DNA of 64,000 nucleotides, taken from IMG/VR virus record IMGVR_UViG_3300028831_000155, positions 6,725 to 70,724 of that record; one strand, written 5' to 3'. Source of the DNA: a virus. A program made the position numbers and the translations under genes. The notes beneath the pieces are model-generated. The model did not search any database. It had not been told where the DNA came from and saw nothing but the letters and a program-made list of their open reading frames with translations. How positions within the stretch are numbered: position 1 is the stretch's first letter; the number at the start of each line of letters is the position of its first letter. Below, piece after piece: positions 37,257 to 46,539 of the stretch.

Positions 37257-39089
37257 CTATTTCACCATTCCCGCCATAGAAGTGGCCGTGGCATCCGCGG
37301 CCTGATACGGCAAACCGAAGATGTCCTCGGTGGTCCGTAGCAAGCCGAAGTGATTGTATGCGGTGGCGTCGGTGAAAGCGGCCTTCGCCATGCTGCCCGC
37401 GAAGACGGTAAGCACCTGATTGCCCTGCGAGCCGTCGTCCTCATCCCACGTCAGGATCACCAGACACTTATCGACCGTGCAGGCGGGGCTATTGAGAATA
37501 GTGGGCACGTGCTGGCTCAACCATGTATCCCCAGTGCTTATCGAGCAGTCGTGAGTATCGTCGCAGTTATCGGGCTTGACGAAGGACCAGTTCGGAGTGG
37601 TCGCGGCGCTGGCTAGATCGTTGGTCAGGTTCGGGAACATCGGGACCACGTGCGTGTAACACAGGCTACCCGGTGCGGTGTTCTGCCACATATCATCGAA
37701 ATAGATCAACGGATCATGGTGCGCCCGGTAGGTGCCGGGATTGGTCAGCGTGCAGGGTGCAGGCATGTTCTCGAAATAGCCCTTGGCGCTCAGGCCCTTG
37801 GCTAGGAACTCATCGAGCAGGCTGGTCCCCGTGATGTGGCACGTGCTCGACGGATCACAGTCGGTGGTGATGCCGTGGTTCGACCCGGCATACAGATCGA
37901 GGTAATTGGGCAGCGACGGATGCATGATCGCGAAGTAGTTCGAGGCATGCGCCCATGTAGCCACCAGACCGTTGGTGTACGGCGTGGCGCTGGTTCCGAA
38001 CACCTCGCTGTATGAGTGGTTTTCCATCACGATCACGAAGACGTGCTTGGCGCCCGAACTAGGAGTGCTTGTAGGGGTGGGAGTGGGCGTGAAGGTGGAA
38101 CTCGGGCTTGCGGTTGGTGAGGGTGATGCCGTCAGGGTTGGTGTGGGAGTGGGCGTGAACGTGCCGGAGGCCGATGAGGTAGGCGTCGGGGTGGGAGTGC
38201 CGGTGGGATTCTCGACCGTGATCCAATCGACCTGAATCTCGGAGTTTCCAGAAGTTCCAGATGGGCATCCTGTCGCGTGGCACTCCTGCTGCAAGACGAC
38301 GTGCTTGAGGGTATCGGGCAGCGTGGTGCTGCTACCTGAATAGGTCCAGACCACGGTCCCGTCGATGCTCGCGGTCACGACATGGTTGAGCCGCGTGAAC
38401 TGCAGCGTGTGGAACTGGCTCAGGTCAACGCTATAGGCATGGGCGACCTGCTGATTAGTCGAGGAGTAGTGCAGGTACGTCGAGCAGCCAGTGGTTACGT
38501 CAGCCTCGCAGTAGTCTTCCTCACCGCCAGCGGGCCACGATGAGTCATCGTCCGGCCAGCGCATGGGAATGACGTAGTGGGCGCTGACGCCCGAGTCCAC
38601 GATGCGGAAGCGCAGGGTGACTCTCTGGTCAACCGTCGAGAAGCCGTTGAGCCGCATGCCGCCCGTGTACCAAGCCGCCCCGCAGTTCCCAGAGGGCAAG
38701 TATGACTCTAGGAGGTGGAGGTAGCCACCCGTAACGAAGTCCTGCGAGGGTGCGGCACAGTTATGGGCATTGCTCCCGTAGGGGCCGTTGTAGAGACCCC
38801 AGTGGCTAGGTATCCCGCCGCTGTTGAACTCGTCGTCTACGACTAGGGACCAGCCGTTCGATGGTGATGGGCTGGGCGACGGTGATGCCGTGAGCGTAGG
38901 AGAGGCGGTAGGTGACGCCGTAACCGAAGGTGTGGGTGTCGGTGTCAAAGAGGCTGTCGGTGTAGGGGTAACGCAATGCGGGTTGCTCGGATGGAGTTGA
39001 CAAAAGTCTGGCGGCCTTGCCGCTACCGAAGATGTAAAGCTGATGACCAACACCACGACGGCGATGATCGAGAGGGCTGCTCGGGCCAC
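37257..39089 (-). CDS. secreted two-domain enzyme: GH16-like glucanase/lectin domain + phosphoesterase (PLC/acid phosphatase family) domain joined by Pro/Thr linkers
   Basis: Signal peptide; WSLVVDDEFNSGG...W and EEDYCE (ExDxxE) fit the GH16 pattern; KHVFVIVMENHSYSEVFG matches the phosphoesterase family N-motif; TPTPTPT linkers. Confidence 0.55.
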   Translation of the reverse strand: MARAALSIIAVVVLVISFTSSVAARPPDFCQLHPSNPHCVTPTPTASLTPTPTPSVTASPTASPTLTASPSPSPSPSNGWSLVVDDEFNSGGIPSHWGLYNGPYGSNAHNCAAPSQDFVTGGYLHLLESYLPSGNCGAAWYTGGMRLNGFSTVDQRVTLRFRIVDSGVSAHYVIPMRWPDDDSSWPAGGEEDYCEADVTTGCSTYLHYSSTNQQVAHAYSVDLSQFHTLQFTRLNHVVTASIDGTVVWTYSGSSTTLPDTLKHVVLQQECHATGCPSGTSGNSEIQVDWITVENPTGTPTPTPTSSASGTFTPTPTPTLTASPSPTASPSSTFTPTPTPTSTPSSGAKHVFVIVMENHSYSEVFGTSATPYTNGLVATWAHASNYFAIMHPSLPNYLDLYAGSNHGITTDCDPSSTCHITGTSLLDEFLAKGLSAKGYFENMPAPCTLTNPGTYRAHHDPLIYFDDMWQNTAPGSLCYTHVVPMFPNLTNDLASAATTPNWSFVKPDNCDDTHDCSISTGDTWLSQHVPTILNSPACTVDKCLVILTWDEDDGSQGNQVLTVFAGSMAKAAFTDATAYNHFGLLRTTEDIFGLPYQAADATATSMAGMVK

Positions 39090-39102
39090 ACCGATCTCCT
39101 AA

Positions 39103-39381
39103 TCACGGTGGGCCGTCCTCACTTATGGATGGGTGGGTAGGTGGTTCTACGGGCGAAGTAGTGGAATCCGCCACGGTCACGGCTTTCTCAACGCCTGCAA
39201 AGACTGCGGCAAGGATGCCGAGCGTGAAGGTTTGCACGGCGTGCCTGATGTCGATAAAGCCGGTGATTGCCCCAGAGGCATTCACCGCCACAGTATACAG
39301 CGCGACCTTGGTAAAGCGTTTCGCGGCGAGTTTACGGGCTAATGCCAGATCGCCTTGGAGGAGCAGGCGAGGTGACTTCAC
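39103..39381 (-). CDS. membrane protein (lysis-associated?)
   Basis: 92 aa with a hydrophobic core (ITGFIDIRHAVQTFTLGILAAVFAGV). Confidence 0.35.
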   Translation of the reverse strand: MKSPRLLLQGDLALARKLAAKRFTKVALYTVAVNASGAITGFIDIRHAVQTFTLGILAAVFAGVEKAVTVADSTTSPVEPPTHPSISEDGPP

Positions 39382-39695
39382 TTTCTCGCTTTGCGGCCCG
39401 CCATGTTGGCAACAAAATCGCCGCCATCAGATGCCTTGGAGGCTGTGCCGTAGATCGCAAGGAAGGCTAGAAATGCCGCAAACACGTTCTCCACGTTAGG
39501 CGTGGCGCCACTTCCCAGCGCAGCAAGGATCACGAACAAGGCTGAGATGGCAGCCAGCACCAAGTTTCGCACTTGGGCCGTACTGGGAATGCTGGGGACG
39601 ATGGACTGAAGATAGCCCCAGATCAGTCCCACAATGGTCGCTGCGGCGCCTACTCCGGCCGCGGTCCAGATACTCTGCAGGTCGAAACTCGGCAC
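39378..39695 (-). CDS. holin-like membrane protein
   Basis: 105 aa with 3 predicted TM helices and a charged C-tail (RKARK); immediately downstream of the peptidase gene. Confidence 0.45.
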   Translation of the reverse strand: MPSFDLQSIWTAAGVGAAATIVGLIWGYLQSIVPSIPSTAQVRNLVLAAISALFVILAALGSGATPNVENVFAAFLAFLAIYGTASKASDGGDFVANMAGRKARK

Positions 39696-39704
39696 GTCTA
39701 TCTC

Positions 39705-40460
39705 CTAGATACGAGTAAGAGTGAATGGTCCAGATTTGCCAGAGATGAGGTAATAGCCCTCGTAATACCCAGCCTGAATCAAGTAGTAGCCGGGTAGAGT
39801 GCTGGTCGCGGTCCCGGCTCCGCTGGCCCTAGCCCAATATCCACTCTTGCTGCCGGTGATGGCGCGGGTATAGCGAGCGATATGGAAGCCAGTCACGGTG
39901 CCGGGGCCGACCGTAACCTTGAAGGTGCCGGTCGGAGACGGCGCTGGTGCGGGCCGGATCAGCGATGAGCCAGCGTACACGCCGCCAGTCACGTACTGCT
40001 CAGGATTGTGGAACAGGCTGACCCCGTAACTATTGACCGTGCGGCAGGCAGTGTGCTTGTGCGGTCCGGTGGCGACCCCAGTGGCGCCTTCATAGCCAAG
40101 CAGTTGCCCGCGTTTGACGCTCTGGCCACGGCTGACCGCAGCGGAATTCAGGTGGCAGAAGGTGTAGTACATCCCGCCGTAAATCTTCACGTCCACGATG
40201 ATGCCGCCACCAGCGAAAGTGCCGGGGTTCGGCGCCCAGCCCTCGTACTGGACCACGCCTGCCTCCATCGCGTACACCGGGGTGCCTAGTCCGTCAGACC
40301 AGTCGGTGCCTGCGTGGTAGTGCTGCGCATAGGAAGAACCGTAGTACTGGCTGAAGGCGCAGGTCTGAACGCCAACATGCCAGTAGGCGTATTCGAGGTA
40401 ATTGGACTGATTGCCAAAATGCTGGGTCAGAATGCCCAGAGGCAGCAGCAGGCCACTCAC
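39705..40460 (-). CDS. M23-family peptidase (endolysin-type) with a C-terminal domain
   Basis: HYHAGTDW (HxxxD) and GPHKH (HxH) zinc-ligand motifs. Confidence 0.65.
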   Translation of the reverse strand: MSGLLLPLGILTQHFGNQSNYLEYAYWHVGVQTCAFSQYYGSSYAQHYHAGTDWSDGLGTPVYAMEAGVVQYEGWAPNPGTFAGGGIIVDVKIYGGMYYTFCHLNSAAVSRGQSVKRGQLLGYEGATGVATGPHKHTACRTVNSYGVSLFHNPEQYVTGGVYAGSSLIRPAPAPSPTGTFKVTVGPGTVTGFHIARYTRAITGSKSGYWARASGAGTATSTLPGYYLIQAGYYEGYYLISGKSGPFTLTRI

Positions 40461-40723
40461 TGGGTCACCTCGATGCTGGCCTCAGCCAGAACCTCACCTG
40501 TCAGCGACTTCAATTGGTAGCGATAGGCTCCAGCAGCCTGCCAAGACATGAGGGTATCGAATTCAGCATCGGCCTCGATCCCCAACGTCCCTTCAACTTG
40601 ATTGCCGTCAGGAGCGGTAACCGACAATATCGTGTTCTCATCGGTCGGCATGTCGGCGACCTTGACCGAGAAGGGCTCATCCACTTTCGCAGTGGCCGGA
40701 TCAAACGTGATTGCGGGCATCAC
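40457..40723 (-). CDS. hypothetical protein
   Basis: 88 aa; start/stop overlap with neighbours. Confidence 0.4.
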   Translation of the reverse strand: MMPAITFDPATAKVDEPFSVKVADMPTDENTILSVTAPDGNQVEGTLGIEADAEFDTLMSWQAAGAYRYQLKSLTGEVLAEASIEVTQ

Positions 40724-41148
40724 TAGCCTCTCATCAGCGAATCAATGTCGTGGTCATCACACACCAGACCATCCTGCGTGATCCACACTCCATCACGCGT
40801 CCCGTCCGCTCGCTTGGCACCGATGCCGTAGGCCACCCATTCGATTCCTTGGAACGGGCCATTCAGATCGGTGGTGTGGCGCTTGTAGTAGAAGGGTTGG
40901 TCGTCTTCGTAGACCTCTATCCCAAACACCACCGTGTCATTCGACTTGCGGCACAGATACCAGCGCGACCGAACGCCGCGTATCCAGTCCTTCCAAATCT
41001 GCGCCCAGCCCGGATAGTCGAGGTCGATCTTGGTGTTCTGCGTGTTCTCACGGACGATGAACAGGAAATATGGGTTGTCGCCTACCCATTCGTGATGAAC
41101 CTCGCCCACGGCCACATCGGCGGCTTGAACGCTCTCATGTACGGTCAC
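40723..41148 (-). CDS. hypothetical protein
   Basis: 141 aa, W-rich. Confidence 0.4.
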   Translation of the reverse strand: MTVHESVQAADVAVGEVHHEWVGDNPYFLFIVRENTQNTKIDLDYPGWAQIWKDWIRGVRSRWYLCRKSNDTVVFGIEVYEDDQPFYYKRHTTDLNGPFQGIEWVAYGIGAKRADGTRDGVWITQDGLVCDDHDIDSLMRG

Positions 41149-41996
41149 TGCTTGAGCCTGTGGAATGCCTGCAGCGGGGTGACCGTGCTCAGTCCCATGC
41201 GGTTATTCGCCTTGCGGCGCTCCTTGACGACTGCCTTGTCACGCAGGGCCAGTTCCACTAGAAAGTCACGCTCGGTGATCTCCCGCTCTGCGACATGCCC
41301 GATCTTGATGCGGGTGTCCACGAAGATGTGACAGCCCGCGGCCTTGGCATCCTGACAGAATCGCAGGTCCTCTCCGAGTAGACCCTGCCACTTGAAGAAC
41401 TCGGGTGGCCCAGTCCTCATCCGATCTTCGAGAGAGGGGATCGGGTTCCCGGCGATCTTCTCGAACACGCGCTTATGAATCACGGCGAAGGCGAGGCCGG
41501 TGGCGTCCACCTCGGCAATGTCGGCATCCCATGACTCGACGTAGTTGTAGAGCCCCGCATCGGCGGACTCACGCATGTACATGGTCGGCTGGAACGGCTC
41601 GGAGCGCCGGAAGCACAGAGCGCCCAGCATGTCGAGATCGTATTCCTCGCGGGTCGCGATCAGCCTACCCACCGCGTCGGGCTGCCACACCATATCGTCG
41701 TCAATGAAACAAATCCAATCGCCCTCAAGCCTCTGCACTGCCTCATTACGGGCCAGTGTCAGTACTGAGGAGCCGTGGATAATCAGCGGCCCTTTGACGT
41801 AGTACTCCGGCTTGAGCCATGTCCAGTCTGTACCGACCAGTGACATGACTGAGGAAGCTGGCATGCGATCCAGCATCGGGATCGCCACCGTGCCCGCGCA
41901 GACGCCGCCGCCACCCTTGCGAGTCGAGTAGATCATGTGCTCGCCGTCAGGATTTGGCGTTAGCGGTTGCTTCACCGTGATATCATTGTAGGCCAC
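41145..41996 (-). CDS. GT-A glycosyltransferase (family 2-like)
   Basis: ICFIDDDMVWQPD (DxD motif); 283 aa. Confidence 0.65.
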   Translation of the reverse strand: MAYNDITVKQPLTPNPDGEHMIYSTRKGGGGVCAGTVAIPMLDRMPASSVMSLVGTDWTWLKPEYYVKGPLIIHGSSVLTLARNEAVQRLEGDWICFIDDDMVWQPDAVGRLIATREEYDLDMLGALCFRRSEPFQPTMYMRESADAGLYNYVESWDADIAEVDATGLAFAVIHKRVFEKIAGNPIPSLEDRMRTGPPEFFKWQGLLGEDLRFCQDAKAAGCHIFVDTRIKIGHVAEREITERDFLVELALRDKAVVKERRKANNRMGLSTVTPLQAFHRLKQ

Positions 41997-42065
41997 CGCA
42001 TGGCTCTGCTCCGCTCATCAGCGCAAGGCAACGCAGCGCCAATCTCCGTCTCGCTCCGCATCGGA

Positions 42066-42986
42066 CTAAGCTGCGTGGGCACGGCTTAGGCTGTCCATCA
42101 CTTTCTGAAGCCCTTGATAAAGGGTCACTCGCGGTCGGTAGTATTGCAGCATCTCACTCGGGTCCGCATAGCGCGCATGCACACCTTCGGGCTTCGATTC
42201 ATCGGTCACGATCTTCGGCTTGTAGCCCGCGATTTCTGCAGCGGCCTTGGCGATCTCAACGAAGGTGACTGGCACCCCAGTCCCGATGTTCATGGGCACG
42301 TAGCCCAGCACGCCCCGGCTCAGGCGTACCACGGTGGCTGCCACGAGGTCTTTGACATGGATGAAGTCACGGCTCTGGTGGCCCGAGCCCCAGACCTGTA
42401 GCGGGTCCTCATGGTTCAAGGCCCGTTGGCAGATGGCGGTGACCGGATAGGAAGCCGCCTGTCCCTCGCCGTAGCCCGAGAAGGGCCGCAGCACCAGCGT
42501 GTTGAGGCCGAACTTCTCCGACGCCATCCACGCTAGATACTCGGCCATCATCTTCTCGACGCCGTACCACTCGTCAGCCCGAGCCCACTCGGTCTGGGAG
42601 GGATGGAACATGGACTCCGCCAGTTTCATGCCCTTGTCGGACTGGTACTTGATGCCGTACACCGCCGAGGACGAGGGATAGACGGCAACCTTGGTATGCC
42701 CGGCCGCCCAAGAGAAGAAGGCCGCATCCAATCCCGCGTTACCGACCTGCTGGAACGGGTCGTTCTCGATCACTTCGCGGCCACCGACCACCGCCGCGAA
42801 ATGCAGGGCGATGTCGAACACGCGCCCGGAAGTGAATATGTCCATGGCGTCGATGTGCAGCACGCCCTGTGGGCGTTCCTTGGCAGTATCGACTGCCACC
42901 ACTTGGGTATTCGGCTGTGAATGGTAGTGATCGAGGAAGTGGCGACCCAAGAAGCCCGCCGCTCCCGTAATCAGGACTTGGCTCAC
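42066..42986 (-). CDS. NAD-dependent sugar epimerase/dehydratase (SDR family)
   Basis: ITGAAGFLGRHF (GxxGxxG) and YGVEK (YxxxK) motifs. Confidence 0.7.
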   Translation of the reverse strand: MSQVLITGAAGFLGRHFLDHYHSQPNTQVVAVDTAKERPQGVLHIDAMDIFTSGRVFDIALHFAAVVGGREVIENDPFQQVGNAGLDAAFFSWAAGHTKVAVYPSSSAVYGIKYQSDKGMKLAESMFHPSQTEWARADEWYGVEKMMAEYLAWMASEKFGLNTLVLRPFSGYGEGQAASYPVTAICQRALNHEDPLQVWGSGHQSRDFIHVKDLVAATVVRLSRGVLGYVPMNIGTGVPVTFVEIAKAAAEIAGYKPKIVTDESKPEGVHARYADPSEMLQYYRPRVTLYQGLQKVMDSLSRAHAA

Positions 42987-43033
42987 GACTTTCGGGTGGG
43001 GGGCGGGCGGCCCACCACCACGCCCCCCATGTT

Positions 43034-43360
43034 CTAAGAGACGACCACGTCGGCCGAGGCGATCTGTGAATCGTCCGAGGTGTCACGCAGAGTCAATGTC
43101 CACGTGCCAGCAGCCGGGAAAATCACGCTGTTCCATTCGGCCGTGCCGGATGGGTTGGTGCTGAACGGATTGCTCAACAGATCATCCGAGCCTGACTTAC
43201 GAAGGCGGAAGCGGTACACGATCTCCGGCTCGGTCGGATATGTGGACGCACTGAAGGCGCCACTATCGTTGCTCGGCTCATCAACACAGGTGATGTTGCA
43301 CGCGGTCAACTTGGCGGTGATGTGTCCTGAAGTGGGGCTGATAGCGATTCCTGCGGCCAT
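43034..43360 (-). CDS. hypothetical small beta-rich protein
   Basis: 108-aa ORF. Confidence 0.3.
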   Translation of the reverse strand: MAAGIAISPTSGHITAKLTACNITCVDEPSNDSGAFSASTYPTEPEIVYRFRLRKSGSDDLLSNPFSTNPSGTAEWNSVIFPAAGTWTLTLRDTSDDSQIASADVVVS

Positions 43361-43369
43361 AATTACCTC

Positions 43370-44128
43370 CTAGAGCCATTCAGATCGGGTCCAGACTGCG
43401 GCGGGATCGTAACGCTCGATCAGTTCGCCACGAAACAACTTCGCACGTTCATCGTCATAGCGGTAGTAGACACAGCGCGTGCATTGCACGTACTTGAAAG
43501 ATTTTCGAGTAGTTTCCACTAGGTCGTGTACGGCGCAGCCGTTGATCTTGGGCGGTAGCCACGGTGCCCGTTCGCGGGTATCGCCATGCTTGAGTTCGAT
43601 GGAGTGCCACGAGAACGGCGGCTCCAGAATATAGACCGCGTGCTCCTCAGAGCGCTGCATCAGACGCGAGCCGAGTTGCTGGTCCTCTGACTCGTGCAGG
43701 CCATTGAAGGCCATGTCGAAAGCGCCAAAGTCCTTGATGAACTGCGTATCGGCGGCGAACATGCCGCCATAGCAGGACTGGTAACCGTGCCAGTGCGGAG
43801 GTTCGGGATGCTCGCGGCTCTCGCCGTCCTTCATGTTGAGCGCCATGATCTGGTCTGCGTTGTAGTTGGCGAAGTCCACAAGGCGATGGTTGCCCCACAA
43901 GTACTCGTCAAGGTTTTCGATCACGTCACCGATCATGGAATGCGGCGCGATCTGGTCATCGCCTTGGATCACAATCGTGTCGCACTTCGCGGCGAAGATG
44001 CCCACGTTCTGACGCAGTGCCACATCGAGATAGCCAATCGGATACCTCTCCGATGAGAAGCGCAGCAGCCGCACCTTCAGCCCGTAGTTTGAAAAGCGAT
44101 GCGCCTCATTGGTCACCACCGTCACCAC
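43370..44128 (-). CDS. putative glycosyltransferase / sugar-modifying enzyme (uncertain)
   Basis: 252 aa within the glyco island; possible IVIQGDDQ DxD-like motif. Confidence 0.3.
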   Translation of the reverse strand: MVTVVTNEAHRFSNYGLKVRLLRFSSERYPIGYLDVALRQNVGIFAAKCDTIVIQGDDQIAPHSMIGDVIENLDEYLWGNHRLVDFANYNADQIMALNMKDGESREHPEPPHWHGYQSCYGGMFAADTQFIKDFGAFDMAFNGLHESEDQQLGSRLMQRSEEHAVYILEPPFSWHSIELKHGDTRERAPWLPPKINGCAVHDLVETTRKSFKYVQCTRCVYYRYDDERAKLFRGELIERYDPAAVWTRSEWL

Positions 44129-44202
44129 ATCGGGCTGCGGATCGCACTTACTGAGTGAGTAGACCAGCCGCTCGACAGGTTCCTGCCGTAACGACGGGAT
44201 AA

Positions 44203-45114
44203 CTACTTCAACGCCGATTCGTAGACCTTCACCAGTTTGGCCGCGACTTTGGCTTCATCGTGGTACTTCTCGACATGGAAGCGACCCAGAGCACCGAAAT
44301 GCTTGCGTAGAACCGGATCGGCGGCCATCTCACTGATTCTCTGCCGCAATCGGCTCTGATCGGTGAGGAGAAATGGCAGATACCCGTACACGTAATTCAT
44401 CAACATGAGGATCGCCGGGTCAAACGCGCCAGAAATGACCGGAATCCCCATCGCCATCGCTTCGATGGCCGAGAGGGCATAGCCGATGTGGAGTTGATCG
44501 TAAAAGATATCTGCTTGGGACTTGCGCTGGAGACACTCGTCGTGGCTGGTCCACTCGATGAGGTCCACGTCGAGGTCGAGTTCTGCCACTGCACCCAGAA
44601 AGTCATCAGTGTTCTTGACTCCTCTGTGTGTCGGTGAATGAGCGATCTTCAGTCTGCGGCGCTTGGCTAACGACCGCATGGCCGCCAGTCTAGGGATATC
44701 GACCGGATTGGGGAGCCATTCTGCGTCAGGGTCGATCAAGGTCAGGTCGATAGTCGAGACGATGTGCTGAACCCCGTATTCCTTGGTGGTTCGCAGAATC
44801 TCGGCGGTGTTATCGACTCGGAACTCGGTGCCGTGTGAGTGAAACACCATCGGCTTGTCACGCCAGTTCGGAAACTCACCGGCCGCAGACCAGCGCTCCA
44901 TGATATGGATTAGGTCGGCTTCATCCCAGAGCCGCAATAATTCCTCTGTAACCGGCTCACCCTTGGGCCAGAAGATGTCCTGCTCGTAGCCGATGTAGTT
45001 CTGATGCCGCGTCACCGAACGGGCAGTCCAGTCGGTGTATCGCTCCAAGGCGTGCTTCAGAGCGATCCCGACGCCACCCACATCCTCGTGGTCGCTGAGG
45101 ATGAGTGATCTCAT
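44203..45114 (-). CDS. GT-B-type glycosyltransferase
   Basis: LSAIEAMAMGIPVISG resembles the GT4 C-terminal motif. Confidence 0.5.
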   Translation of the reverse strand: MRSLILSDHEDVGGVGIALKHALERYTDWTARSVTRHQNYIGYEQDIFWPKGEPVTEELLRLWDEADLIHIMERWSAAGEFPNWRDKPMVFHSHGTEFRVDNTAEILRTTKEYGVQHIVSTIDLTLIDPDAEWLPNPVDIPRLAAMRSLAKRRRLKIAHSPTHRGVKNTDDFLGAVAELDLDVDLIEWTSHDECLQRKSQADIFYDQLHIGYALSAIEAMAMGIPVISGAFDPAILMLMNYVYGYLPFLLTDQSRLRQRISEMAADPVLRKHFGALGRFHVEKYHDEAKVAAKLVKVYESALK

Positions 45115-45761
45115 TCCACGCGGCGACCCACTCCGATCACCATATCTGGGTAGGGTCCCATGTTGAAGTGGAACGCTTCTTCAAGGCGGTGCCCGTTGGC
45201 CGAGAACCAGTTGTAGAAATCAGAGAGTTGATAGGCCCACCGATGACCCGGCTCGTCATCCGAGGCATCTCCGACCAGCGGATGGCCGATGACGCTCCAT
45301 CGGGCTCGCGGCATCCAATCTGCGGCAACCTTGAGTGGATCGGTGAGGTGCTCAAGCACCTCAGTCAGGATCAGAACGTCGGAATCCCTCGGCTCGACAT
45401 CCTCGACCTTGGACAGGATGAAGTCGAGGTCCGGCCATCGTTCGGCGCAGATGGTCTGAGCCACCGGCACCACGTCCACACCATGGACCTCATGGCCGTT
45501 GCTGAACGGGCCAGAGATATCCGCCGAGCCACAGCCCAATTCCCAAATGGTGCCCGGAAACTCCACCGCGTCGAGGCAGCGCCACACCAGTCCGCGGGCC
45601 ACCGCGATCCGCCACGGCTGAGTCTCTACGAATAGCGGAGCGTCATTGCGGTCAAGATGAACCTGTACCACGTCGAGTTCGGGAGGTTTGGCAAGCCGCA
45701 TCAGGCGGCCAGTATGCGCTTGAGGGTCTCCACATCCTTGGCAAATCCGTTTGCCATCCAT
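45111..45761 (-). CDS. class I SAM-dependent methyltransferase
   Basis: IWELGCGSADIS (motif I) and acidic motif II VLILTEVLEH. Confidence 0.55.
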   Translation of the reverse strand: MDGKRICQGCGDPQAHTGRLMRLAKPPELDVVQVHLDRNDAPLFVETQPWRIAVARGLVWRCLDAVEFPGTIWELGCGSADISGPFSNGHEVHGVDVVPVAQTICAERWPDLDFILSKVEDVEPRDSDVLILTEVLEHLTDPLKVAADWMPRARWSVIGHPLVGDASDDEPGHRWAYQLSDFYNWFSANGHRLEEAFHFNMGPYPDMVIGVGRRVE

Positions 45762-46390
45762 CTCGCGAAGGCGGCCTTGTCGTGGTCGATCATCTCGCTA
45801 CTGTTCACACGCTGGTAGCCCATATCCATCGCGGCTTTCCCGGCGAACGGATGCAGGTGCTCGATCACCACCTCTGGGAAGTAGAACAGCCGTCCTGTAG
45901 CCGATCCCAGCGAGCGCCAAGCGTTGTCCACCCACAGGTGCTTGAGCACTGGCGGCGCCATCCAACCCAGCGCGCTGATGATCGAGGAACTCATCACGAC
46001 TTGAGTCGGCAGGTTCGCACCCTGATATAGATCATTGCCGTAGGCAAAGCCGCCACCTCTCCTGTCGAGTTTGGTGACGAATATCTTGTCCCAGCCCTTG
46101 GTGCGAGGGCGATGATCGTCTCCGAAGAAACCGATGTAGTTGTAGACCCCAATCGCTGAGTGCAGCGTGGCGGCCGCATTCAGCGCACGGACCATGGAGC
46201 CAATCGACTCGTTGATCTCGATATTGCCCGAGGGCAGCAGTTCAAGATAGGCGTCCAGTTCGGGATCATCCTCATCGACCACGAACAGGCAGGTCGTGTG
46301 CTTGAACTTCTTGGTTGCCTCGAACTCGGTCAGCAGTTCCAGCGCGTTGGTGGGTCGCCCTCTGCTCGGGACTAGGACGAGAAGAGACAT
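45701..46390 (-). CDS. GT-A-like glycosyltransferase
   Basis: LVLVPSRGRP N-terminus and FFGDDH DxD-like motif. Confidence 0.45.
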   Translation of the reverse strand: MSLLVLVPSRGRPTNALELLTEFEATKKFKHTTCLFVVDEDDPELDAYLELLPSGNIEINESIGSMVRALNAAATLHSAIGVYNYIGFFGDDHRPRTKGWDKIFVTKLDRRGGGFAYGNDLYQGANLPTQVVMSSSIISALGWMAPPVLKHLWVDNAWRSLGSATGRLFYFPEVVIEHLHPFAGKAAMDMGYQRVNSSEMIDHDKAAFARWMANGFAKDVETLKRILAA

Positions 46391-46392
46391 CT

Positions 46393-46539
46393 AGAGCGCC
46401 GGAAAATGTACCTGCGCCAAGATCAGGAGGGCCACTCCCAACGCCCACCACTTGGGAGCCAGCGTGCCCAGAGCCACCGAGAACGACTCGAACAGGAAAC
46501 AGATCGCCGCGGCTATCAGGAGAATCAGAACCAGCATCA
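46393..46539 (-). CDS. small membrane protein (48 aa; below the ORF-track cutoff)
   Basis: MLVLILLIAAAICFLFESFSVALGTLAPKWWALGVALLILAQVHFPAL, two TM helices. Confidence 0.3.
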
